From an uncultured Chloroflexia bacterium (GTDB lineage Bacteria > Chloroflexota > Limnocylindria > Limnocylindrales > CSP1-4), in NCBI GenBank assembly GCA_963813535.1, contig CAWEZH010000003.1:416001-480000 (forward strand): a stretch of DNA of 64,000 nt, written 5' to 3'. Below, one piece after another: positions 17,562-27,813 of the stretch. Position 1 is the first letter of the stretch; each line of letters begins with the position of its first letter. The notes beneath the pieces were generated by a model that saw only the letters and a list, made by a program, of their open reading frames with translations, had not been told where the DNA came from and made no database searches. Position numbers and translations under genes: made by a program.

Positions 17562-18971
17562 TCAGGCGACCGACGCCGCGGGTGCGATGTTCTGGTTGAG
17601 CCGGAACAGGTTGGTCGGGTCGTAGCGGCGCTTGACGTCGGCCAGACGTCGATATGTCGCCTGCGGATAGGCCTCGCGGATGCGATCCTCGCCCTCGACC
17701 TCGAGGAAGTTCGAGTAGACACCGGTGGCCCGCGGGCGGAGCGCTTCGAAGTACTCGTGCGTCCAGGCGGCGTGCACGGGCGCTTCCGCCAGATCCTCGA
17801 ACGGGGTGATGATCACCACCATCACCTTGGCATCGCGATGGGCGAAGGCCGTGGCCTCCGCCGGGACCCGGGCCAGCGCGCCACCGAGGATGCGGATCTG
17901 CGTCATCGCCGCCGGTGAGCTCGGCGCGGCCATGTATTCGAGGATGGTGTCGACCGCGTCGTCGTCGAGCGAGTCGAGGAACAGCGAGCGGTGCGAGGCC
18001 GGGGTCCGCTGCTCGGCATCCTTGAGCATCTCGTAGATACCGACGTAGGGCATCGGCATGACCAGCTCCGCCATCGGCGTCGCCAATGCGCGGAACGGCG
18101 CGAGTGCCGTCTGGCCCGCCTCGGGATCGCCGTCGTAGACGAACATCACCGCGAGCGTCATCTGGCCGTGGATCGCCTCGGGGATGAACGGCGCCGGCGG
18201 GGCCGGCATCAGGAACGAGATGGTCGTGAGCGCCTCGGGTGCGTTCGCGGCGGCCGACTCGAGACCGCGCAGGACCTCGGGCGTCGGCGGCATGAAGAGG
18301 GCTCCACCGAGGACGGTCGAGACCGGATACAGCCGGAACTGGAAGCGCGTGACGACGCCGAAGTTCCCGCCGCCACCGCGGACGGCCCAGAACAGGTCGG
18401 GGTGCTCGGTCGCACTGGCGATGACGATGCGGCCGTCGGCCGTGACGATCTCGACCGACACCAGCGCATCGATCGCGAGGCCGTACTTGCGGACCAGCCA
18501 GCCGATGCCGCCGCCGAGCGTCAGACCGGCGATCCCGACGCTGCCGGTGTCGCCGAACGGCGTTGCCAGCCCATGCGCCGCGGCCGCAGCGGTATATTCG
18601 CCGGCGCGCAGGCCTGCCTGGGCCCAGGCGAGGCGCCGAGCCGGATCGATGTGGAGACCCTTCATCTGGCCAAGGTCGAGAACGATGCCGCCCTCGCTGG
18701 TGCCGTACCCGGCGAGGCTGTGAGCGCCGCCACGGACGGCCAGCTCGAGGCCGGTCTCACGCGCGAAGACGACGGTCCGCGCGACGTCGGCAGCCGAGAC
18801 CGCCTGGACGATGCACAGCGGGCGTCGATCGATCGTGGCGTTGTGGACCTCCCGAGCCTGGTCGTAGCCCTCGTCCTCGGGACGGATGACGGTGCCGCTG
18901 ATGCCGGCGGCGAAGGCCGCCAGATCATAGGGACCGGAGACGTCGAAAGCGGGGATGCGGGCGAGGGCCAT
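17562..18971 (-). CDS. FAD-binding oxidoreductase (berberine-bridge-enzyme/6-HDNO-like)
   Basis: Motifs RGGAHS (covalent FAD His), VGIAGLTLGGGIG, DLFWAVRGGGGNFGVVT and C-terminal YSNF...KRRYDPTNLFRLNQNI. ATG 18971 follows GAAAGGA. Confidence 0.92.
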   Translation of the reverse strand: MALARIPAFDVSGPYDLAAFAAGISGTVIRPEDEGYDQAREVHNATIDRRPLCIVQAVSAADVARTVVFARETGLELAVRGGAHSLAGYGTSEGGIVLDLGQMKGLHIDPARRLAWAQAGLRAGEYTAAAAAHGLATPFGDTGSVGIAGLTLGGGIGWLVRKYGLAIDALVSVEIVTADGRIVIASATEHPDLFWAVRGGGGNFGVVTRFQFRLYPVSTVLGGALFMPPTPEVLRGLESAAANAPEALTTISFLMPAPPAPFIPEAIHGQMTLAVMFVYDGDPEAGQTALAPFRALATPMAELVMPMPYVGIYEMLKDAEQRTPASHRSLFLDSLDDDAVDTILEYMAAPSSPAAMTQIRILGGALARVPAEATAFAHRDAKVMVVIITPFEDLAEAPVHAAWTHEYFEALRPRATGVYSNFLEVEGEDRIREAYPQATYRRLADVKRRYDPTNLFRLNQNIAPAASVA

Positions 18972-19173
18972 CGTGGAGATCCTTTCGCTGGCGTATGGGA
19001 GCTGGGGGTACCGCGATGTTCCATCCCCACGGTGGGGCGTCGATGCGGGCAAGGGTCGTCGCGCGCACCCCGACGGATGTCGACCCGGATGCGACGGATG
19101 ACGATGCTCGGACTCACGCGGGCCGCGGCCGCTGAATCGGCCGTCCCGGCCGTGATGGGGCACACTCGTGGGG

Positions 19174-19914
19174 ATGACCGACCGCGACGAGACCCAGCGG
19201 ACCAGCGGCCCGGCCCGACGCCCGAAAGTGGACGCGGTCGGGCGGATGGAGCGCGTCGCGCGGCCGGCGCGGGACGCACTTGCCACACTCACGGACGGCG
19301 TGGCGGCCGCCGCAGAACCACTCGTCGAGCGTGTCGGCCAGGCCGTCGAGGGGGTCGAGCGGACGTTCGCCGAGAGGCCGGGCGCGCGCGTTCGACGCGT
19401 CCGGCGTCGTGGCGCGGACCCGCTGCCGTACCTCGAGGACGTCCACCCCGACGTCCGGATGGCCCGACCCGTCCAGGTCGGCCTGCGGACGATCCCCGTC
19501 GACGAGATCGCCGGCACCGCGGTCGGGGGCGGCGATCAGCGGGGCGGGGATTTCCTCCCGCTCAAGCCGTTCCGTGGCGGCAACTGGACGGGTCGCTGGC
19601 AGCGCCTCAACCGCGCCCAGGACGCGCTCGCGATCCTCCCGCCCATCGAGGTCGTGAAGCACGGTGGTCGGTATTGGGTCATCGACGGCCACAATCGGGT
19701 CGCGCTCGCGCTGTACAGCGGCCAGCCTGAGGTCGACGCCTCGATCGTCGAGCTCGTCAAGCCGGGCGAGCGCCGCAGCGAGCCGGTCCTCGACCTCGCA
19801 CCGACCCTCTCGGGGTCGCGAACGTTGCGCACCCGCGGCGAGGGGCGTGCCGCCAGCGAGGCGCTCGCCCACGAGGATCGAGTCGGTCCCGACTCGACCA
19901 GGGACCGCGCATGA
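19174..19914 (+). CDS. ParB/Sulfiredoxin-fold domain protein
   Basis: GLRTIPVDEIAGT...DFLP...RWQRL...LPPIEVVKHGGRYWVIDGHNRVA. No HTH or ParB dimerisation domain. Start is ATG 19174 or GTG 19168. Confidence 0.8.
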   Translation: MTDRDETQRTSGPARRPKVDAVGRMERVARPARDALATLTDGVAAAAEPLVERVGQAVEGVERTFAERPGARVRRVRRRGADPLPYLEDVHPDVRMARPVQVGLRTIPVDEIAGTAVGGGDQRGGDFLPLKPFRGGNWTGRWQRLNRAQDALAILPPIEVVKHGGRYWVIDGHNRVALALYSGQPEVDASIVELVKPGERRSEPVLDLAPTLSGSRTLRTRGEGRAASEALAHEDRVGPDSTRDRA

Positions 19915-20615
19915 CCCGGCGGCTGACCGTCGAATGGCCCGATCCCCGACCCTTCGTGGACCGTGGTGGGGCACCGATCCGCCTGCTGGCGGCGTCGGAT
20001 ATGGTCGATCCTACGCTGGATCATCCGACGAATCGCGCGCAGCTCGGCCACATCGACGCGATCATCGGCTGTGGCGACCTCGAGCCCGATTACCTCGGGT
20101 TCCTCGCCGACGCATTTTCGGCGCCGATCGCCTACGTCCGTGGCAACCATGACCGCGGCGGGCCATGGGCGGGCTCCCCGACACCGGCGCCGATCCCCCT
20201 CACCAGCGGGCGCCTGACCGATGTCGGCGGCATCACGGTCGTCCCGCTCGAGTGGCCGGGGCTCGGTCACGACCAGGCGCCGCGCGACGAGTTGCGCGCG
20301 TGGCTCGACGTCATGCGGGCCGAAGTGGGTCTGCTGCGCCGTGGTCCGCGAAGCCGGGCAACGCCGATCCTCGTCGTCAGCCACGCGCCACCCCGTGGCA
20401 TCGGCGACACGGCCGCTGACCCGTATCACGTCGGGTATGCGGGTTATCGCTGGCTCCTGGAACGACATCACCCGCCCTTGTGGCTGCACGGCCACACGAC
20501 GATGGCGAGCGTCCAGGACTGGCGTGACCGCCTTGGCCCGTCGACCGTGGCGAACGTGACCGGCTCGACGCTCGTCGAGCTCGTGCCGCCCGCCGCGGAG
20601 CGCGCGGCCGCCTAG
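19911..20615 (+). CDS. Calcineurin-like metallophosphoesterase
   Basis: Motifs ASD, GCGDL, VRGNHD, VSHAPP and LHGHT. ATGA overlap with the upstream gene. Confidence 0.88.
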   Translation: MTRRLTVEWPDPRPFVDRGGAPIRLLAASDMVDPTLDHPTNRAQLGHIDAIIGCGDLEPDYLGFLADAFSAPIAYVRGNHDRGGPWAGSPTPAPIPLTSGRLTDVGGITVVPLEWPGLGHDQAPRDELRAWLDVMRAEVGLLRRGPRSRATPILVVSHAPPRGIGDTAADPYHVGYAGYRWLLERHHPPLWLHGHTTMASVQDWRDRLGPSTVANVTGSTLVELVPPAAERAAA

Positions 20616-20627
20616 GGCTGGGCGACG

Positions 20628-21050
20628 ATGGTCGACACGCTGATGGCACGGCGCTTCCCGATCGAGCTCGGCAGGCGGTCCCGTCCGCTCCTGCGCCTGC
20701 TGTTCCGGGTGAGGCCCGAGACCGCGTACGTCGACCTGGGTGAGGAGCTCGACGCGCGGTTCGGCTTCGGCCACCTGCGAACGCGCGTCGAGAACATCGC
20801 CTCGTGGCGGATCGAGGGCCCGTGGCTCTGGATCACGGCGATCGGCATCCGCCGAAGCATCCGCCACGGGGACATCACCTTTGCCGGGACACCCAAGGGC
20901 GGCGTTCGCGTCGACTTCCGAGAGCCGGTGAAGACAATGGGCTTCCGTGTGCCGGCGCTGTACGTCAGCGTGGAGGATCTGCAGGGATTGGCGGCAGCAC
21001 TGGCCGAGCGGGGCATCCCCGGCGAGGACGCTCGCCGCGGGCGGTCGTAG
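20628..21050 (+). CDS. Hypothetical protein (possible PH-like domain)
   Basis: GC3-rich ORF, co-oriented and 12 nt after the phosphoesterase. Contains ARFG..LRTRVENI and LYVSVED. Confidence 0.65.
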   Translation: MVDTLMARRFPIELGRRSRPLLRLLFRVRPETAYVDLGEELDARFGFGHLRTRVENIASWRIEGPWLWITAIGIRRSIRHGDITFAGTPKGGVRVDFREPVKTMGFRVPALYVSVEDLQGLAAALAERGIPGEDARRGRS

Positions 21051-21119
21051 GTCCGCCCCCACCGGGGCGGCCGCAACGACGCGATGGCGAACGGCGTGAG
21101 CGTCTAGCATCGCCGCCAC

Positions 21120-22826
21120 ATGGCACCGCCCAGCTTCGACTACATCATCGTCGGGGGCGGGTCGGCCGGATCCGTGCTGGCCAACCGCCTGACCGAGGAC
21201 CCGCACACGCGCGTGCTGGTCCTCGAGGCTGGCCGGTCCGACTGGCGCATCGATCCGTTCATCCACATGCCGGCCGCGCTGACGTTCCCGATCGGCAGCC
21301 CCTACTACGACTGGCAGTACGAGTCGGAGCCCGAGCCGTACATGGACGGCAGACGCATCTACCACGCACGCGGCAAGGTCCTCGGCGGCAGCAGCAGCAT
21401 CAACGGCCAGATCTTCCAGCGCGGCAACCCGCTCGACTACGAGCGGTGGGCGGCCGATCCGGGCATGGAGACGTGGGACTACGCCCATTGCCTCCCCTAC
21501 TTCAAGCGGATGGAAACGGCGCTGGCGGCCGAGCCCGACGATCCATGGCGAGGGCACGACGGGCCACTGGTCGTGGAACGGGGCCCGGCCACGAGCCCGC
21601 TGTTCCGGGCCTTCTTCGAGGCCGCCCAGGAGGCTGGCTATCCGCTGAGCGACGACGTGAACGGCTATCGCCAGGAAGGATTCGCGCCGTTCGACCGGAA
21701 CATCCATCAGGGCCGCCGCCTGAGTGCCGCACGCGCCTACCTGCACCCGATCCTTCGTGCGCGGGCGAATCTCGCGGTGTGGACGCGCCGGTTCGTGACC
21801 CGGCTGCTGTTCGACGGATCGCGGGCGGTCGGAGTGGAGGTCGCACGCGGCACGGGCAGCAGCGGCGTCGAGCGGCTGCTGGCCGGCGAGGTGATCCTCG
21901 CCGGCGGCTCGATCAACAGCCCGCAACTCCTGATGCTGTCCGGGATCGGTCCGGCGGACGAGCTCGAGGCGCTCGGGATCCCGGTCCTCGCGGATCGGCC
22001 CGGCGTCGGCCAGAACCTGCAGGACCACCTCGAGGTCTATGTCCAGTACCAGAGCCTGCGACCGGTCTCGATGCAGCCATCGGCGACGCAGCTCTGGCGA
22101 CGGCCGTTCATCGGAGCGCGATGGATGTTCCTGCGCTCAGGCCCAGGCGCGACGAACCACTTCGAGGGCGGCGGCTTCGTCAGATCGAATGACGACGTCG
22201 CGTATCCGAACCTGATGTTCCACTTCCTGCCCCTGGCCATCCGCTATGACGGGACGGCCGGCGCCAAGGGGCACGGCTACCAGGTCCACGTCGGGCCGAT
22301 GTACTCCGACGCGCGCGGGACGTTGTCGCTGCGGAATACCGATCCGCGCGAGCATCCACAGCTGCGCTTCAACTACCTCTCGACCGACCAGGACCGGCGC
22401 GAATGGGTCGAGGCGGTTCACGTCGCACGACACATCCTGAACCAGCCGGCGATGGACGAGTACAACGGCGGCGAGACGTCACCCGGTCCCTCGGTGTCGA
22501 CCGATGCACAGATCCTCGAGTGGGTCGCTCGCGACGCCGAGACGGCGCTCCACCCGTCGTGCACGGCGCGCATGGGCGTCGATGAGCTGTCCGTGCTCGA
22601 TCCGCTGACGTTGCGGGTGTACGGAGTGGACGGACTGCGCGTGGTCGATGCGTCGGCCATGCCCTACGTCACCAACGCCAACATCTACGCGCCGGTGATG
22701 ATGCTCGCCGAGAGGGCCGCCGACCTCATCAAGGGCGACACGGAGCTTCCGCCGGAACCGCTCGAGTTCTACCGCCATGGGGTGTCACCGCCGCCCCCGA
22801 TCCGTACCGAGGCGGCTGTCGGCTAG
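21120..22826 (+). CDS. betA: Choline dehydrogenase (GMC oxidoreductase)
   Basis: Motifs [68 protein letters not shown] and ETALHPSCT. Confidence 0.92.
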   Translation: MAPPSFDYIIVGGGSAGSVLANRLTEDPHTRVLVLEAGRSDWRIDPFIHMPAALTFPIGSPYYDWQYESEPEPYMDGRRIYHARGKVLGGSSSINGQIFQRGNPLDYERWAADPGMETWDYAHCLPYFKRMETALAAEPDDPWRGHDGPLVVERGPATSPLFRAFFEAAQEAGYPLSDDVNGYRQEGFAPFDRNIHQGRRLSAARAYLHPILRARANLAVWTRRFVTRLLFDGSRAVGVEVARGTGSSGVERLLAGEVILAGGSINSPQLLMLSGIGPADELEALGIPVLADRPGVGQNLQDHLEVYVQYQSLRPVSMQPSATQLWRRPFIGARWMFLRSGPGATNHFEGGGFVRSNDDVAYPNLMFHFLPLAIRYDGTAGAKGHGYQVHVGPMYSDARGTLSLRNTDPREHPQLRFNYLSTDQDRREWVEAVHVARHILNQPAMDEYNGGETSPGPSVSTDAQILEWVARDAETALHPSCTARMGVDELSVLDPLTLRVYGVDGLRVVDASAMPYVTNANIYAPVMMLAERAADLIKGDTELPPEPLEFYRHGVSPPPPIRTEAAVG

Positions 22827-23025
22827 CCGGTAGGGGTAGGCCCGGTCAAGGTCATTCCAGCGATGCGTCTGGGGGCCGGAGTAGGGGTGTGCCCCAATGG
22901 TCACGGTTGACGGGTCGTCGCGACCCGGCCCAGACTTTCCCCACTGCGGCCGCTGCGCGAGACGACCGGCCCGACGACATCCACGGGCGGTGATCGCGCA
23001 TCGTAGGCCGATCGGAGGAGGCCCC

Positions 23026-24543
23026 ATGCGCAAATTCTTCGCGCCCCTCGTCGCCCTGACACTGGTCCTGGCACTGGCTGGTCCGGCGTCCGCCGTCGAC
23101 GACATCGACAGCTCGAAACTCCGCCAGGCAGTGACGGTCGGCGGGATCCTCGCCCATGAGCGGGTGTTCCAGCGGATCGCAAACCAGAACGACGGCACGC
23201 GCGCGTCCGGTACGCCCGGCTACGACGCCTCGGCCGCGTACGTCAAGAAGGCCCTCAAGAAGGCCGGCTACAAGGTGACCGAGCAGGCGTTCACGTTCCC
23301 GTTCTTCCGGGAAGTCGCCCCGGCCGAGCTCGAACAAGTGACGCCGACGGCCACCCCGTATGAGACCGGCACGTTCGACTTCTCGGGCAGCGGCGATGTC
23401 ACAGGGCAGCTCGTCCCGATCGACGTCGTGATCCCGCCGACACCGGAACCGTCGTCGACCTCGGGTTGCGAGGCGGCGGATTTCCCGCCGGCGTCCGCCA
23501 CCGAACCGCAGGTCGCACTGATCCAGCGCGGCACATGCTTCTTCGAGGACAAGGCGAAGAATGCGGAGGCGGCCGGCTACGACGCGGCGATCATCTTCAA
23601 CGAGGGCCAGCCGGGCCGCGACGAGCTCTTCATCGGGACCCTCGGCGTGCCGGTCGGCATCCCGGTGGTCGGGCTTAGCTTTGCCGACGCCGCCGCGCTG
23701 TATGCACAGACGCAGGCCGGGCCAGTCGTCGTCCACGTGGCGACGACGACCGAGGTCAACCTCGACGCCCAGACCACCAACATCATCGCCGACTCGCCCG
23801 GCGGCGATGCCAACAAGGTGCTGGTCGTCGGCGCCCACCTCGACTCGGTGGTGCCCGGCCCCGGCATCAACGACAACGGCAGCGGCGCCTCCACGATCCT
23901 CGAGATCGCCGAGGAGATGTCGGAGCTGAAGATCAAGCCGCGCCAGAAGGTGCGCTTCGCGTTCTGGGGTGCGGAGGAATCCGGCCTTCTCGGGTCCGAG
24001 CACTACGTGAACAGTCTCAGCGACGCCAACCTGGCGAAGATCTTCGCGAACCTGAACTTCGACATGGTCGGCTCACCGAACTACGTTCGCTTCGTCTATG
24101 ACGGCGACGGCTCGGACACGCCGGATGCGGGACCGCCCGGCTCGGCCGAGATCGAGGAGGTGTTCACCTCCTACTTCGCGTCCCAGGGCCTGGCGTCCGC
24201 ACCGACCGCCTTCGACGGACGATCCGACTACGGACCGTTCATCGCCGTGGGTATCCCGGCCGGCGGCCTGTTCAGTGGCGCCGAAGGCATCAAGACGGCC
24301 GAGGAAGCGGCCGTGTACGGCGGTACCGCCGGCGTGGCGTACGACGTCTGCTATCACCAGGCGTGCGACACGATCAACAACGTCAACACCGACGCCCTTT
24401 TCGAGCTTGGCGATGCGGCGGCCGACGCCGTCCTGACCCTGGCCCGCACCAAGTCCGGGTTCTTCCCTGACGGCAGCCTCCGGCAGACCGCCCGGGCCGC
24501 CGCCCAGGACGCCGATTTCAAGGGGCACAGCGCGATCCGCTGA
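23026..24543 (+). CDS. Secreted M28 aminopeptidase with PA domain
   Basis: SD GGAGGAGG and a signal peptide. PA motif LIQRGTCFF..KA, plus GAHLDSV, GINDNGSG, WGAEESGL, LNFDM and CYHQACD. Confidence 0.92.
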   Translation: MRKFFAPLVALTLVLALAGPASAVDDIDSSKLRQAVTVGGILAHERVFQRIANQNDGTRASGTPGYDASAAYVKKALKKAGYKVTEQAFTFPFFREVAPAELEQVTPTATPYETGTFDFSGSGDVTGQLVPIDVVIPPTPEPSSTSGCEAADFPPASATEPQVALIQRGTCFFEDKAKNAEAAGYDAAIIFNEGQPGRDELFIGTLGVPVGIPVVGLSFADAAALYAQTQAGPVVVHVATTTEVNLDAQTTNIIADSPGGDANKVLVVGAHLDSVVPGPGINDNGSGASTILEIAEEMSELKIKPRQKVRFAFWGAEESGLLGSEHYVNSLSDANLAKIFANLNFDMVGSPNYVRFVYDGDGSDTPDAGPPGSAEIEEVFTSYFASQGLASAPTAFDGRSDYGPFIAVGIPAGGLFSGAEGIKTAEEAAVYGGTAGVAYDVCYHQACDTINNVNTDALFELGDAAADAVLTLARTKSGFFPDGSLRQTARAAAQDADFKGHSAIR

Positions 24544-24567
24544 CAGCGCCCTGACCGCGTACATAGC

Positions 24568-24598
24568 AACGGCCCCGTCGCACCGCGACGGGGCCGTT
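24568..24598. terminator. Intrinsic terminator-like hairpin between convergent genes
   Basis: AACGGCCCCGTCGC-ACC-GCGACGGGGCCGTT, a 14-bp perfect stem. Confidence 0.75.
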
Positions 24599-24626
24599 CA
24601 CATGCCGTGGGGGGTTGCGTCCCGCG

Positions 24627-25037
24627 CTAGATGCCGCCGGTGCCGGGATCGGCCTCGCCGAACGCGACCTTGACGTCATCGGAGCTCAGATACCACAGGA
24701 TGAGCGCCGGCATGAGGACCATCGCCAGACCGACACCCGTACCCGGGAACTGGAAGAACGCAAGGACGGCCTCGAAGACGCCGATGCCGGCGATGACCTG
24801 GGCGAACAGCCGGGCCCACGGCTGCAGCGACCAGAGACCGAAGGCCGCGGCGAGCCAGAGGATCCCGGTCAAGATGGCAAGCCAGCCCCAGAGCCCGACC
24901 GACTCGTAGGCGGGCAATTCGCCGAGCACGCCGAACCAGTCGAAGCCGAGGACCCTGAGGCCGAAGAACAGGTAGCCGAATCCCGCCAGGACTCCGAAGA
25001 AGCCAATGACCGATATGAGAATGGGCGGATTCTTCAT
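24627..25037 (-). CDS. Small 4-TM membrane protein
   Basis: MKNPPILISVIGFF...GLWSLQPWAR...ILWYLSSDDVKVAF. Confidence 0.75.
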   Translation of the reverse strand: MKNPPILISVIGFFGVLAGFGYLFFGLRVLGFDWFGVLGELPAYESVGLWGWLAILTGILWLAAAFGLWSLQPWARLFAQVIAGIGVFEAVLAFFQFPGTGVGLAMVLMPALILWYLSSDDVKVAFGEADPGTGGI

Positions 25038-25132
25038 GGGGGTGAATCCCTCAAGCGCGGCCAGCGCGCACGCCGTGGCGGCGAACGAACACCAGCATCC
25101 ATCTCCGCCTCCCTCGGCGGACGGGGCCAATA

Positions 25133-26362
25133 CTAGACACCGGGGGAAGCCCGGAACAAGCGGATCTGCTCAGGGCCGAGTTCCGCGATGCTTCGCGACC
25201 CGAGAAGCTGCATCGTTCGGACCAGTTCTGTTCGCAGGAGCTCGCCCGCTCGCGCTACACCGCGCTCGCCGCCGGCCATCAGGCCGTACAGGTAGGCCCG
25301 GCCGACCAGGGCGGCACGCGCTCCGCACGCAACCGCCGCGACCACATCGGCTCCGCTCAGGATCCCACCGTCGACGTAGACCTCGGCCCGATCCCCGATT
25401 GCAGCCACGATCGAGGGCAGCTGCTCCAACGGTGTGGGAGCACGATCCAGCTGTCTGCCGCCATGGTTCGAGACGACGACGCCGTCAGCACCGGCGTCCA
25501 CGACCATGCGCGCATCGTCGACCGTCTGGACACCCTTGACGACGATCGGCCCGTCCCAGTCGGCGCGGATCCAGCCGAGGTCGGCGATGGTGATCGTGGG
25601 GTCGAACACCCGGTTGATCAAGTCCGCGACCGTGCCTTCGGTCTCCGTGAAGACGGCGAATCGCAACGGTTCCGTCGTGAGCAGGTTGAACCACCACCCT
25701 GGGTGGAGGGCGATGTCGAGGACGGTCCTCGGCGACAGCGTCGGGGGGATGGTGAAGCCGTTGTGGACGTCGCGGATCCTCGCGCCGGCGACAGGCGTGT
25801 CGACGGTGAGGACCAGGGTGCTGAACCCGGCCACCCGGGCGCGGCGAACGAGCTCTCGCACGGCCGTTCGATCGTTCCAGATGTAAAGCTGGAACCAGCG
25901 GTTCGTGTCGGGCGCCGCGGCGGCGAGATCCTCCGGTGACGTGGTCCCGAGCGTCGACAGCGCGTATGGGATGCCGAGGCGGGCCGCCACCCGTGCCACG
26001 GCGCTCTCCCCATCGTGGTGCATGAGGCGCGTGAACCCGGTCGGCGCGAAGACGATCGGCAACGTCGAGGGTCGACCGAGGATCGTCGTGGACGTGTCGA
26101 CCTTCGATACATCGCGCAGGACGTGTGGTACGAATTCGACGCGCGCGTAGGCCTCGCGGGAGCGGCGCAGGCTCGTCTCGGTCTCGGCGGCGCCGTCGGT
26201 GTAGTCGAAGACCGCCCGGGGCACGTGTCGTCGTGCGATCGACCGGAGATCCCAGATGGTCGCCGCCGACGCGAGCCGACGTTCGACCGGTGAGAGACGG
26301 ATCGGCCCGGTCCGCAGATACGGACGAAGCTCGTGCCAGCGTGGGACCCGTCGTCGGACCAT
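25133..26362 (-). CDS. lldD: FMN-dependent L-lactate dehydrogenase / alpha-hydroxy-acid oxidase
   Basis: Motifs FDYTDGAA, APTGFTRLMH, WFQLY, LTVDTPVAG, VKGV, SNHGGRQLD, DGGILSGAD and GRAYLYGL. Confidence 0.85.
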   Translation of the reverse strand: MVRRRVPRWHELRPYLRTGPIRLSPVERRLASAATIWDLRSIARRHVPRAVFDYTDGAAETETSLRRSREAYARVEFVPHVLRDVSKVDTSTTILGRPSTLPIVFAPTGFTRLMHHDGESAVARVAARLGIPYALSTLGTTSPEDLAAAAPDTNRWFQLYIWNDRTAVRELVRRARVAGFSTLVLTVDTPVAGARIRDVHNGFTIPPTLSPRTVLDIALHPGWWFNLLTTEPLRFAVFTETEGTVADLINRVFDPTITIADLGWIRADWDGPIVVKGVQTVDDARMVVDAGADGVVVSNHGGRQLDRAPTPLEQLPSIVAAIGDRAEVYVDGGILSGADVVAAVACGARAALVGRAYLYGLMAGGERGVARAGELLRTELVRTMQLLGSRSIAELGPEQIRLFRASPGV

Positions 26363-26367
26363 GACGG

Positions 26368-27813
26368 TCAGTGGGCGACGCTGGCGGATCCCCGCACGGG
26401 CATGTACGTGCGGAGTTCGTGGGTCCCTCGGACGAGCGCGCGCATCGTCTCGAGACCGCCCGCCAGGAAACCTCGCGAGCGGGCTTGGACCAGGACGTTG
26501 CCGATCGCGGTCGCCTCGACCGGGCCGGCGATGACCGGCAGGCCGCAAGCGTCGGCCGTGAGCTGACAGAGCGGCTCGTTCAACGATCCACCGCCGACGA
26601 CGTGCACCGCGGTCACCTCCTGGCCGGAGACTCGCTGGGCATCGGCGATCGCCTGTGCGTACGCCTGCGCGAGGCTGTCCAGGATGCACCGCACCAGGGC
26701 GGGCCGGGACGCAGGCACGGGCTGGTCCGTTCGTCGGCAGGCGTCCTCGATACGCGTCGGCATCTCTCCGGGCGCGAGGAACGCTTTGTCATCGGGGTCG
26801 ATGACGGGACCGCCGCGCGGCAACGCTGCCGCCGCGGCCAGCAGCCCATCAAGGTCGTCCGGGGAGCCTGATCGGTCCCAGGCGCGGAGCGATTCCTGGA
26901 GTAGCCACAGGCCCATCACGTTGCGGAGGAACCGGATGCGCCCGTCGACACCACCCTCGTTGGTGAAGTTCGCGGCCCGGCTCGCCTCCGACAGGATCGG
27001 CTGGTCGAGCTCCAGGCCGACGAGCGACCACGTGCCGCTCGAAATGTAGGCGAACCGATCGTCCGACGCCGGCACAGCGACGACGGCAGAGGCGGTGTCG
27101 TGCGAGCCGACGAGGCTGACGGTCATCAGCTCCGAGACTCCGGTCGATGCCGCGACCTCCGGTCGGATCCGACCGAGGTCGTCACCGGGGTCCCGAAGCG
27201 GTGGGAACAGCGCACGCGGGAGCTCGAGGTCGTCCATCAGGTCCCACGCCCATTCGCGTGTCCTGGGGTCGACCAGTCCCGTGGTCGAGGCGTTCGTCCT
27301 CTCTGCGGCCATGACCCCGGTGAGCCAATAGCCGAACAGATCGGGCATCAACAGGAACGTCCGGGCGACGGCGAACGAGGGCGATCCACGAGCCGCTGCG
27401 AGCTGATACAGGGTGTTGAACGGCAGGAATTGAAGGCCGTTCCTCGGATACAGGACATCGTGCGGCGTCCGGGCATGGACGGCCTCGACTCCGCGGTCAT
27501 GCCGGGGGTCGCGATAGTGCGCGGGCGCCCCGACGAGCGACCCGTCGGCATCGAGGAGACCGCCGTCGACGCCCCACGTGTCCACGCCGACGCTGGCCGG
27601 AGTCGCGCCGCCGCGGGCGGCGATCCGGAGGCCGGTGAGGATCTCCTGGTACTGGCCGAGAGCATCCCAGCGAAGGCCCTCGGGCAGCTCGACTGGATCG
27701 TTCCGGAACCGGTGGATCTCGTCCAACCGGAGCATGTCCGGACCGACGTAACCGAGGATGACTCGCCCGCTCGAGGCTCCGAGATCGACCGCGGCCACGG
27801 ATCCTGATATCAC
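26368..27813 (-). CDS. rhaB: Rhamnulokinase
   Basis: Motifs AVDLGASSGRV, GVDTWGVD, YRDPR, FNTLYQL, SHDTASAV, SSGTWSLVG, FTNEGG, NVMGLWLLQE and EATAIGN. Confidence 0.94.
   Translation of the reverse strand: MISGSVAAVDLGASSGRVILGYVGPDMLRLDEIHRFRNDPVELPEGLRWDALGQYQEILTGLRIAARGGATPASVGVDTWGVDGGLLDADGSLVGAPAHYRDPRHDRGVEAVHARTPHDVLYPRNGLQFLPFNTLYQLAAARGSPSFAVARTFLLMPDLFGYWLTGVMAAERTNASTTGLVDPRTREWAWDLMDDLELPRALFPPLRDPGDDLGRIRPEVAASTGVSELMTVSLVGSHDTASAVVAVPASDDRFAYISSGTWSLVGLELDQPILSEASRAANFTNEGGVDGRIRFLRNVMGLWLLQESLRAWDRSGSPDDLDGLLAAAAALPRGGPVIDPDDKAFLAPGEMPTRIEDACRRTDQPVPASRPALVRCILDSLAQAYAQAIADAQRVSGQEVTAVHVVGGGSLNEPLCQLTADACGLPVIAGPVEATAIGNVLVQARSRGFLAGGLETMRALVRGTHELRTYMPVRGSASVAH

Noticed and set aside
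19071-19106. CGACGGATG-like short direct repeats between divergent genes
   Set aside because: Irregular spacing and GC-rich, too weak to call as an operator without comparative data.
12780-22028. Long antisense ORFs (e.g. 12780-15380, 17991-19730, 19536-22028; others occur elsewhere in the window)
   Set aside because: Expected from stop-codon scarcity in high-GC DNA opposite real genes, and they carry no recognisable motifs.
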